Below are positions 30,656-39,390 of a stretch of 64,000 bases of DNA, in pieces. The notes below the pieces were generated by a model, which worked only from the letters and a program-made list of their open reading frames with translations, made no database searches and was not told the DNA's origin. Positions within the stretch are counted from its first letter, which is position 1, and each line of letters opens with the position of its first letter. The DNA is taken from NCBI GenBank assembly GCA_963754315.1, contig CAVWFS010000008.1, forward strand, positions 608,001-672,000. The letters run 5' to 3'. This DNA comes from an uncultured Candidatus Rokubacteria bacterium. Lineage in GTDB: Bacteria; Methylomirabilota; Methylomirabilia; Rokubacteriales; CSP1-6. Both the position numbers and the translations under genes were made by a program.

Positions 30656-32290
30656 AGGTTCCAGCAGCGGTGGCGGAGATCCTGAAGCGTGAAGGGGTGA
30701 AGTTCCTCATCGGTTATCCGGTGAACAGCATCATCGAGGCGGCCGCCCAGGCCGATATCCGGACCATCATCGTTCGGCAGGAGCGCACGGGGCTGCACAT
30801 GGCCGATGCGGTGAGCCGGGTGACCTCCGGCCGGCAGATCGGCGTCTTCGCCATGCAGCACGGTCCGGGAACCGAGAACGCCTTCGGTGGCGTGGCGCAG
30901 GCCTACGGCGATTCCTCGCCCATCGTGGTCCTCCCGGGCGGCTATCCCCGTCGCATCACCAACATTCCGCCGAATTTCAACGCCTTCCTGAACTACCAGC
31001 ACGTCACCAAGTCTGTGGAGCAGGTGATCCTGCCCACGTCTGTTCCCGATGCCATGCGGCGCGCGTTCACCCAGGTCCGGAACGGACGGCCGCGGCCGGT
31101 CATGGTGGAATTTCCCGTCGATCTCTTCCAGGAAGACGTTCCGGAGCCGCTCGACTACAAGCCGGCTCCGATCGCGCGTTACGGCCCCGATCCCAGGGCG
31201 GTGGCAGACGTGGCGCGGGTGCTGGTCGCCGCCGAACGCCCCGTCATCTATGCCGGACAGGGCGTGCACTACGCGCAGGCGTGGCCTCGGCTGCGTGAGC
31301 TCGCCGAGCTGCTGGAGGCACCGGTGACCACGAGCCTGCAGGGAAAGAGCGCCTTTCCTGAAAATCATCCGCTGTCGCTCGGGTCGGGTGGCCGCTCCAT
31401 TCCCAAGACGGTGCATCACTTCTTGCGAGGAAGCCGACGTCATCTTCGGCATCGGCTGCAGCTTCGCCACCACCAACTACGGCGTGGCCATGCCGGCCGG
31501 GAAGCGGATCGTCCACGCCACGCTTGACCCGGCCGACCTCAACAAGGACGTGCGAGCCGACCACGTCTTGGTGGGCGATGCCGGGCTGACCCTGGAAGCG
31601 CTGGTGGCCGAGGTGCGCGACCGACTCAAGGGGCAGCCGCGTGGACGCGCCGATGATGTGGCGCGTGAGATCAAGGGCATCAAGGCCGAGTGGCTGGCCC
31701 AGTGGATGCCCAAGCTCACCTCGGACGAGACGCCCCTGTCCCCCTATCGGGTGCTGTGGGATCTGATGCACACCGTCGATGTGCCCAACACGATCATCAC
31801 TCACGACGCGGGGAGCCCGCGCGATCAGATCTCGCCCTTCTGGGAGAGCACCGCTCCCCTCAGCTACATCGGCTGGGGCAAGACCACCCAGCTTGGCTAT
31901 GGCCTGGGACTGGCCATGGGCGCCAAGCTGGCCCACCCAGACAAGCTCTGCATCAACGTGTGGGGTGATGCCGCGATCGGCTTCACCGGCATGGACTTCG
32001 AGACGGCGGTGCGCGAGCGCATCCCGATCCTCTCTGTCCTGCTCAACAACTTCTCGATGGCCATCGAGCTGCCCATCATGAAGGTCTCGACGGAGAAGTA
32101 CCGCAGCACCGACATCAGCGGGAACTACGCCGACATGGCCAAGGCCTTCGGGGGCTACGGCGAGCGGGTGACGTCGCCTGCCGAGATCATTCCGGCCATC
32201 AAGCGCGGGATCCGGAAGACGCAGGAGGGGACGCCCGTCCTGCTGGAGTTCCTCACCCAGAAGGAGATCGAGTTCTCGATATTCAAGTAG
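30652..32290 (+). CDS. TPP-dependent acetolactate-synthase-like enzyme (frameshift near 31428)
   Basis: RQERTG, QHGPG, ERPVIYAGQG; second frame has THDAGSP and WGDAAIG. Confidence 0.88.
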
Positions 32291-32294
32291 AGCC

Positions 32295-32615
32295 GTGGAC
32301 GATCAGACTTTTACCCGCGTGGCCGAGTGCGATCTGTGCCGTGCCCAGCGCATGACGCGCTGGTATCACGAGGACGACGTCTGCTGGATCGCCGAGTGCG
32401 ACGTGTGCGACGTGCCCATGGTCGTCTGGCGCTACCACGGGGTGACGCCCCCGGGGGCGCACGTCGAGCACATGCGGGACCGGTTACGGGAGGTGGCCGC
32501 AGAGCAACTCGGCGAGTTCTGGATCGATGGCCACATGCGCAACATCCCGGATCACTATCATGCGCACGCCCGTCCTCGCGACGGCTTCTTCGGCCGCGAC
32601 GCCCCCCGCAAATAA
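32295..32615 (+). CDS. small HIT-like/Zn-binding hypothetical protein
   Basis: 106 aa; CDLC, CDVC and HYHAHAR (HxHxH). Confidence 0.7.
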   Translation: MDDQTFTRVAECDLCRAQRMTRWYHEDDVCWIAECDVCDVPMVVWRYHGVTPPGAHVEHMRDRLREVAAEQLGEFWIDGHMRNIPDHYHAHARPRDGFFGRDAPRK

Positions 32616-32648
32616 GCCGGCCCTGCCCCCGGGACTGGCCTCATCGTC

Positions 32649-35600
32649 CTAGGGCCTGACGTCAGGCCCCAGGTCGATCCAAATCCTCTCTTTCTGTGGC
32701 TGGCCGCCCCCGACGACGAGGTTGTAGCGGCCGGGGACGAGGGGTCGCTGCTCGGTGACATGGAGGCGGAGGCGGCGGCCGTCACCCACGGGCAAGAACA
32801 AACGGCCCGTGGCGAACACGGTGCCCTCCTGGCTGATCGTGACGGTACCGGTGTTCTCGGCGGCGACGGCGCCCGGCGTCCTCAGGAGCCGCTGGCAGGA
32901 CCAGATCCGCCCCGAGCGGCACGATAGTACCACCTCGGGGCTCGGCGCCGCTCCCTCCAAGCAGAACTGCGCTGGCGGTACGGGGTCGGTGGGGCAGGAC
33001 CCGGCCAGGCCGCTCGGCGCAGGCGTGAAGCTCACGTTCCATCCCTGGCTGGCGCCGCTGGGGAAGCACGCCGCCGCCGGCCGCGGATCAGGGGATGGGT
33101 CGGTGGTGAAGCCGCTCGTCAAGGTCACGCCGAAGCCGAAGCAGCCGCCGGACGGGCAATCGACGTCCTTGACCGCCCAGGCGCAGACCGCGTCGTCGCC
33201 GGCGCTGTTCTTCTCGGTGCACGCCTCGTAGAGGTCGTCGCCCGGCTGCAGCGCGCACTGGCAGGTGCTGGACGCCGAGTTCCAGGCGCAGAAGCTGGCG
33301 GGCTGGCACCGCCCCGGACGCCCGGCGGCGTATTGCGTCTGGAAATCGCCGAACGACATGTCCATCGTCACCGTGAGGACGCCCGTCGTCGGGTCGTAGG
33401 TCCGCTGCCAGGTGGAGGGCCACGACACCTGGCCCGGGGGGGTGAACGGCACGGGCACTATCTTGATGTTGGCCTGGGAGGCCCAGACGCCCGTGGTCAC
33501 GTCGAAGCCGGGGCCGACGTAGAGCTGGTAGGTCTGGGTCGTGGTGGGCTTGGCGAAGACCAGGAAGACGTAATAGGTTCCGCCGGCCTGGAAGACGCTG
33601 AGGTTTTGGGGGGGGGTGGGACCGACCAGGCGCTCTGCGTGGTCTGGCTGACCGTGGTGTCGACGTAGTACGTGCCGCGGTTGGCGGTGAGCGTGCTGCG
33701 CTGCCAGACGGCCTGGCCCGCCATCCGGATGGCGGGGACGGCGCCGCTCGTCTTCTCCGGTCCCGTGAGCAGCTGCCGGTAGAGGGGGACGCCGTAACAC
33801 GACGGGCTGGTGCAGGCCACGTCCCATGACCCCCCGCAGGTGCCGCTCGCCGCGCACCCCGGGTAGACCACGGACGTCACGTAGTCGTACGGGCTCGTCT
33901 TGGCGGTGACGTCGGAGGCGCACTCCACCGTCTCCACGGGGGCGTTGAAGAAGGGGTCCAGGTTCACCGAGACGGTGTTGACGTACCCCGTCAGCGAGCC
34001 GTCGTCGTCGCTCAGCTCGGTCTGCCGGTCGACGTCCGTGAAGTTGTCGAACATCGCGGGGTTCCAGTTGCAGTAGCGCTTCTGGGCCGCCACGGGATCG
34101 GTCTTGTACGTGCCAGGCTGGAACAGGGGCTCGATCACGAAGTGCCGGAAGGCCACGTTGTCGAAGAAGAGGTTGGTCGAGTGAAAGGCCGGCGGGTAGT
34201 AGAAGCCGTTGGGCTGCTTCCAGGCGATGGCGGCGTTGGGCATGTAGCAGACGCCGTTGTCGTCCTGGGGCAGGCCCAGGGCCCGCCCCGCCAGGTACTG
34301 GCTGTTCACGCACGTCTGCTGGTTCTGGCTGGGGTGGCAGTCGGTGACCGTCACGGGCTGGATGTCGAGGTAGGCATTGGAGTCCTGGTAGGTGGGGCCG
34401 TCGTAGATGCTGAACATCCGCTGGTTCATGCCGAAGTTGCTGATCGGGAAGCTGACACCCTCGGCGGCCGACAGGCAGTAGTTACCGGCGGAGCCGGCGT
34501 CGCACGCGAGCCCCTGCGGGTTGAAGGGGCTCGCGCTCGAGGCGTAGGGGTTGTCCGGCTGGGTCTGGCCGACGAAGACGGTCTTGCGCACCAGCGCCCA
34601 GTGACCGGGGATGATGTCGGAGGCGGTGTAGCCGCCGCCGGTCACCATGGTGAGCCCCCCGTTCTGGACGTCGGTGAGGACGCTGTCCACCACCAGGTAC
34701 CACTGCGGGCGCAGCCAGATGGCCGCGAAGTTCGTCTCCGTCCAGTGAAAGGACGAGGTGTAGTGGTCGAGGGCGGTGATCATGCAGTTCTGCTCTTGCA
34801 AGTTAGCGCACGCGGGCACCGCGCTACAGTCGCAGAGGGCGGGGGGCGCGGGGCAGGTGCACTGCGTGGCGGAGCGCCCGCCGCCGGACACCTTGGGATA
34901 GTAGCCGTCGGCCGCGGTGGCCTGGCTGGCCGGGGCGAGGGGATTGGCGACGGGGGCCAGCTGGGGGCTCCCCGAGCCGACGCCGAGGCACGGCGTGGTG
35001 TTGCCGATGGTGTTGAAGGAGTTCATGGCCGAGGAGCAATAGTTCCCGGTGAACCGCCTCAAGGGGGTGAGGGCCGCGCGGGAGATCGGATCGATGCTGC
35101 TGCCGCTGGGAACGGCCTGCAGCGAGGCGTAGGACTCCCACTGCATGTGCCGCGAGAGGCCGCTGTTGGCCCCGGGCACGAGCCAGTAGCAGGCGCCGCA
35201 CGTCCCGGCTCCGGCCGCCATGTTGTACTCGAAGTCGTTCCACCCGTTCATGATCCAGAACACTGTCGGGTGGTCGTAGTCGGAGTGGAAGGGCACCATC
35301 TCGGCGCCCGGGTTGTCCGGCGAGGCCAGGATGCCGGGGACCTGGCGCGGATTCTGCGGATTGATGACGGCGGCCCGCGCGAAGATCCCGATGTTCGATA
35401 GGAGGCGATTGTTGATCTCGGTCCCCTCCTCGAGGTAGTAGCCGTGGCCGATCGACAGGTAGCCGACGTTGCGGGCGAGTGTCACGCCGTGGGTCCCGTG
35501 CAGGACGTACCAGCGGGTCATCGAGTCGTGCACGGAGGAGTCCATCACGAAGGTGTTCGGCGGGGTCTGCCGCGCCACGTGAAAGTGGACGGGATAGTGC

Positions 35601-36729
35601 GCCATGCGCCCTCCCTGCCCAAGCTGATAGAACTCCACGCCCTGGATCTGCACCGCCTGCGCGCCCTGGCGCAGGACCATGTGGCCCCCGAAGAAATACC
35701 CTGGCCCCGAGGACGGCGGGTCGGGAAAGGCCTGGCCGAGAGTGTCCCCGGCGGACACGATGCGGATGCTGCGCGTGAGCAGCGCCACCGCCGCCCGCGT
35801 CTCCGCGCCCGCGGCCGTGAGGGCGGGGTCGAGCTGCAGGCGGGCGGGCACCGCGCTGAGGTCGTACCGCTGTCCGTTGTGGATGTACTTGACCCCCTGC
35901 GAGACGGTCACGCTGGTGCCGCCGGCCCCCACGCTCGCGATGGTGAGCTGCTCGGAGTGCCCGGGGAGATAGTCCGTGGTGGTGACCACGATCTGGTCGC
36001 CCGGCTGCCAGTCCACCGCGCGGTCCAGCGCGAGCTGGTGTCGCCCGGCTGCAGGGTCTGGTTCAGCCGGACCCAGCTCGTGCCGGAATTCGACGAGTCG
36101 ACCGTGGTGTAGGTCGCGCCCTTCTTGCCGAAGAGCTGCAACGTGCCGCCGTAGGAGACGGCCAGGACCTTGTAGCCGAAGTAGCCCTTGACGGTGCCAC
36201 CGTCGTCGGAGGGCAAGGGCTGGTACTGGTAGAAGAAGTCGGTGACCCCGCCGGGCAGGGCGACCTTGCTGCCCCCGTTGGAGTTCCAGACGCTCGCGGG
36301 GATGCCGCACTGCGCGTCGGTCACGCAGACGATGCCCTGCCCGCCGTCACCGTTCCCGGTTCCCGCCGCCTGCTCCGGCCCGTAGAGGTGGATGGTGACC
36401 ACGCCGCCCTGGGTGCCGATGGGGGCGGTGGGCGAGCCAGCGATCAGGCTGCCGCCGTTCTCCACGAGGATCGACCGGGCCCAGAAGTCGATGGTGGCGT
36501 CGGCGAAGATCAGGCTTCCGCCCGCGATGACGTTGACGTTCCCGAACTGATAGGTACCGGCCCCCACCCGGCAGGGGACATTGACGAGCAGATCGGTACC
36601 AGGCTGGCCCGGCGGCGCCAGCGTTCCCCCCGTGCAGCTCGCCACCACGCTCGCCGCCTCCGCCGCGCCCATCGGGCCGGCCACGATCGCCAAGGTTAGG
36701 GCCGCCATCGCCACCATCAATCTGTTCAT
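32649..36729 (-). CDS. secreted G8-domain/beta-helix protein, TMEM2/CEMIP-like (two frameshifts near 36038 and 33612)
   Basis: Signal peptide MNRLMVAMAALTLAIV; DWQPGDQIVVTTTDY, FFGGH, LGQGGRMAHYPVHFH, VLHGTHG, GHGYYLEEGTE; three ORFs join to about 1360 aa. Confidence 0.8.
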
Positions 36730-37030
36730 GGCGTCCTCGCGAGGGTTGGAGCGTGTGGGTTCAGAACGTTTCGCGCCTTCGTCCACAATCGTACCAGGCC
36801 AAGCCGGGACCAGGTCAGTGGCCCAATTGGTAGACCTTCGCCATAGCCTGGTTCGACTCGCTTGGAGATCCTTCCGTCGCGAACCAGCGGTCGAAGTCTC
36901 GAGGTGCCCACCGGGCGCCCGGCCACCGCGGGCCCTGCCCGCTCTTCGCGGCCGGGCTGGGAGTGGCTCAGAGCCTGGGGGACTCGCGAGCCGGCCGAAC
37001 CCGTTGGGGCTCATCACCGCTACGGCAAAC

Positions 37031-37102
37031 CGGTGCAACCGGTAAAACGTGCTGAAAACGCCGCTCTGGATGCGGGCTTTCACCGTTTCACCGGTTGCAT
37101 CG
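37031..37102. other. long imperfect inverted repeat (hairpin or paired operator)
   Basis: tgcaaccggtaaaacg (37034-37049) vs cgtttcaccggttgca (37084-37099), 15/16 complementary, with inner tgaaa/tttca and ccgc/gcgg pairs. Confidence 0.75.
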
Positions 37103-37306
37103 CTTTTGCGCGCTGGAACGAGCATGGAGTGCGACAGGAACGTGAGTACCTCCCATGGGGGAGACCCAATCCGTCGGATCAACCCTCCACGGGGCCCTCG
37201 GGGCGAGGGGCGGGGGTTGAAACTGGCGGATGAGGAACCACGCCTCGATCTTCATCGTGCAGCGGTCGCCGTCTCTCAGCCTCCCGGCGTGGACCGCCCT
37301 CACGCG

Positions 37307-37450
37307 TCAAAACTTGAGCTTCTCGTAGTGGAGTTGCCAACTCTCCGTGAGCCTACCGCCTTTGACGTTCTTGGCTTTCTGGCGGGCGGGCAGGTCCTCG
37401 ACTTTCCTCGCATTCTTCTTCGCCTTCGACCGCTGACTTTTCTTGGCCAT
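37307..37450 (-). CDS. GG-leader small peptide P1 (47 aa)
   Basis: MAKKSQRSKAKKNARKVEDLPARQKAKNVKGG|RLTESWQLHYEKLKF; GGAGG RBS. Confidence 0.85.
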   Translation of the reverse strand: MAKKSQRSKAKKNARKVEDLPARQKAKNVKGGRLTESWQLHYEKLKF

Positions 37451-37482
37451 GTCAGATCCTCCATCCAGTCGCCCGTGGCGTC

Positions 37483-37659
37483 TCAGGGGCGGGATCGCGT
37501 GAGGCCTGGAGGTTTCGGCTCTCGTTCTTCCGTTGCACTCTCGCGGCGCTCACCGAACCTCAACTTGCCGCCTCCCTGGACGCCCTTGCGGGGCGCGAGA
37601 TCCTCCACCAGGACGACGTCGTCGCGTCGCTTTCTCTTTGTCTCCGGCCGATTCCTCAT
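37483..37659 (-). CDS. variant GG-motif small peptide Px (58 aa)
   Basis: MRNRPETKRKRRDDVVLVEDLAPRKGVQGG|GKLRFGERRESATEEREPKPPGLTRSRP; shares the basic N-terminus and EDL..K.V.GG. Confidence 0.65.
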   Translation of the reverse strand: MRNRPETKRKRRDDVVLVEDLAPRKGVQGGGKLRFGERRESATEEREPKPPGLTRSRP

Positions 37660-37682
37660 GCACCCTACCAGACGTGTGTTTC

Positions 37683-37722
37683 GGCGTCGAGCCTGTGCGG
37701 GCGCCCGCGCAAGCTCGACGCC
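37683..37722. terminator. strong GC hairpin after P2 (terminator or mRNA-stability element)
   Basis: ggcgtcgagc...gctcgacgcc perfect 10-bp stem with inner gcgggc/gcccgc. Confidence 0.5.
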
Positions 37723-37750
37723 TACCGCTCTTGCCCCGCGGCCCCGACGG

Positions 37751-37897
37751 TTACAATTTGCCGGTCAGCACCGAGGGCTCGAGCTTTGCGAAGTGGAATC
37801 CGCCGCCCCTGACGTTCTTGGCCTTGCGGCCAGACGGCAGATCGGCCATCTTGTTCGCCTTGCGCACCTTCGCCGATCTCTGACTCTTCTTGCCCAT
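37751..37897 (-). CDS. GG-leader small peptide P2 (48 aa)
   Basis: MGKKSQRSAKVRKANKMADLPSGRKAKNVRGG|GFHFAKLEPSVLTGKL. Confidence 0.85.
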   Translation of the reverse strand: MGKKSQRSAKVRKANKMADLPSGRKAKNVRGGGFHFAKLEPSVLTGKL

Positions 37898-37966
37898 TGT
37901 CAGCCCCTTCCCGGCTTCCTCAGCCATCGACCACTTCTGCTCCGTCACGGGCCGGCCCGCAACGGG

Positions 37967-38056
37967 TCATCCATTAGGTGAGCCCCAGCTCAGGCTGTCG
38001 ATGTGTAATTCCTCTCCACGGCGCCGCTTTGACCGCTTCGGGCTCCCTTCGCGCAT
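37967..38056 (-). CDS. leader-truncated small peptide P6 (29 aa), paralog of P4
   Basis: MREGSPKRSKRRRGEELHIDSLSWGSPNG; GGAGG RBS; DNA matches P4 at both ends. Confidence 0.7.
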   Translation of the reverse strand: MREGSPKRSKRRRGEELHIDSLSWGSPNG

Positions 38057-38104
38057 GGCGCCCTCCCTTCGCGGTGATGACTGCGCCGCTACAGACGAGT
38101 TCAC

Positions 38105-38119
38105 GCAACGGCGGTGCCA
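38105..38119 (-). promoter_or_regulatory. sigma-54 (-24/-12) promoter, module B
   Basis: Minus strand reads TGGCAC-CGCCG-TTGC, matching TGGCAC-N5-TTGC. Confidence 0.8.
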
Positions 38120-38220
38120 TGTGCGAATTCGCGCTGGATTCCGGGCTTTACACGCGGCACCACGGCTGCCGTGGCACCACGTTGGTTGCGTTCCAGGGCC
38201 GCCATGGTCTCATTTCCCAG
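38105..38220 (-). repeat. duplicated ~115-bp regulatory segment, copy B
   Basis: Aligns with 39018-39130; conserved ggattccRggctttac and cgttggtWgcgttccRgggccgcMatggtctcatt. Confidence 0.8.
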
Positions 38221-38311
38221 GTGGTGTTGGCCTCGAGCCTGTGCGGGCGACCCGCCTCTGTTTCGCCATCGTCCGCCCCCCGTCCGTATCATCCGGTCCC
38301 GCCACTGCCCT

Positions 38312-38471
38312 TCAGGTAGGACGCCTATCCAGCTGAGAAACGTGAAACAAGGCCAGCGTGGAGGCGTTGAGTCCCGCCACCCCTGACATTCCTGGCCTTG
38401 CGGTCCGCCGGCAGGTTGGCCATCTTCTGCGACTTGCGCGGCTTCACTCGCTCCTGACTCTTCCTGGCCAT
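38312..38471 (-). CDS. GG-leader small peptide P3 (core frame uncertain)
   Basis: MARKSQERVKPRKSQKMANLPADRKARNVRGG|GTQRLHAGLVSRFSAG (stop 38325); removing one G gives |GLNASTLALFHVSQLDRRPT (stop 38312) with more GC3-typical codons. Confidence 0.8.
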
Positions 38472-38590
38472 GGTCCGCCTCTCCCGTGTCGGTCCGGACT
38501 TGATGTCGTTCCCCACAAACTGATGGTGAAGCGGCTCATGGCCGCAGGGGCAGCGCCTCCCTGGTCCGTCACCGCGCGGCACGCGGCAGG

Positions 38591-38746
38591 TCAGTAGTTG
38601 GCTGAGTTCCAGCTCAAGCTCTGAACCTTGATTTCCCCGCCACGGCGTTCGCCGCCCTTGACGTTCTTCGCCTTGGTCCCCGGCGACAGATCCCCTAGCT
38701 TCTTGACCTTGGTCTGTCTCGACCGCTTCTGGCTCTTCTTGGCCAT
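38591..38746 (-). CDS. GG-leader small peptide P4 (51 aa)
   Basis: MAKKSQKRSRQTKVKKLGDLSPGTKAKNVKGG|ERRGGEIKVQSLSWNSANY; GAGGAGG RBS. Confidence 0.85.
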   Translation of the reverse strand: MAKKSQKRSRQTKVKKLGDLSPGTKAKNVKGGERRGGEIKVQSLSWNSANY

Positions 38747-38764
38747 GTCGTCCTCCTCGGTCGG

Positions 38765-38911
38765 TTAGATCAACCGCTTCGACGCGAAATTGAAATAGGG
38801 TTGAATGCGCTCGCCGCCGCCGCTGACGTTCTTGGCCTTACGGCCCGGCGGGAGATCCACCACCTTCGCCTTGCTCCGCCGCGTCGACCGCGCTGGCATC
38901 TTCTTGGCCAC
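38765..38911 (-). CDS. GG-leader small peptide P5 (48 aa, GTG start)
   Basis: MAKKMPARSTRRSKAKVVDLPPGRKAKNVSGG|GERIQPYFNFASKRLI; AAGGAAG RBS. Confidence 0.82.
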   Translation of the reverse strand: MAKKMPARSTRRSKAKVVDLPPGRKAKNVSGGGERIQPYFNFASKRLI

Positions 38912-39017
38912 GGCACTTCCTTCCTTCCGCTGAACTCGCTGAATGGACCGCGAACCACGCGGGCCCTTTTGGGCCCCCCTTGCAATCTGATGTATGCCGC
39001 TACGTGGCCACTCTGAG

Positions 39018-39032
39018 GCAACGACGGTGCCA
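39018..39032 (-). promoter_or_regulatory. sigma-54 (-24/-12) promoter, module A
   Basis: Minus strand reads TGGCAC-CGTCG-TTGC. Confidence 0.8.
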
Positions 39033-39130
39033 GGTCCGGATCACCAGCGGATTCCAGGCTTTACGTGTGGCGCGATCAGGGACCAGGGCGTCGTTGGTAG
39101 CGTTCCGGGGCCGCAATGGTCTCATTCCCG
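39018..39130 (-). repeat. duplicated ~115-bp regulatory segment, copy A
   Basis: Aligns with 38105-38220; includes the dyad AATG-gtct-CATT. Confidence 0.8.
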
Positions 39131-39249
39131 GCGTGAGGCGTGGGCGGACCCGGCCGCGCGGGCTGTTCCGACCCGCCAGGACGTGTTTCCCCGTGGTTGA
39201 GCGAAACGCCTCCGGGGCCTACCGCGGTCGAGGGCCTCACCCAGGGGTC

Positions 39250-39390
39250 CAGCAACTGGGTGAGCTTGCGGTCGAGGGTCGAGCGCGAGAGGCCGAGCAC
39301 CCGTGCTGCTTGACGCTTGTTTCCTCCCAGACGGGCAAGGACGTCGCCGATGTGCCGGCGCTCCACCGCGCGGAGTGAGAGGTCATTCAA
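39250..39390 (-). pseudogene. isolated Fis-type (HTH_8) DNA-binding domain; start unclear, either a small protein or a bEBP remnant
   Basis: LSLRAVERRHIGDVLARLGGNKRQAARVLGLSRSTLDRKL within ORF 39076-39702. Confidence 0.7.

Noticed and set aside
37049..37981. 310-aa plus-strand ORF over the peptide cluster
   Set aside because: Antisense shadow with no recognisable domain; the RBSs, promoters and conserved leaders are all on the minus strand
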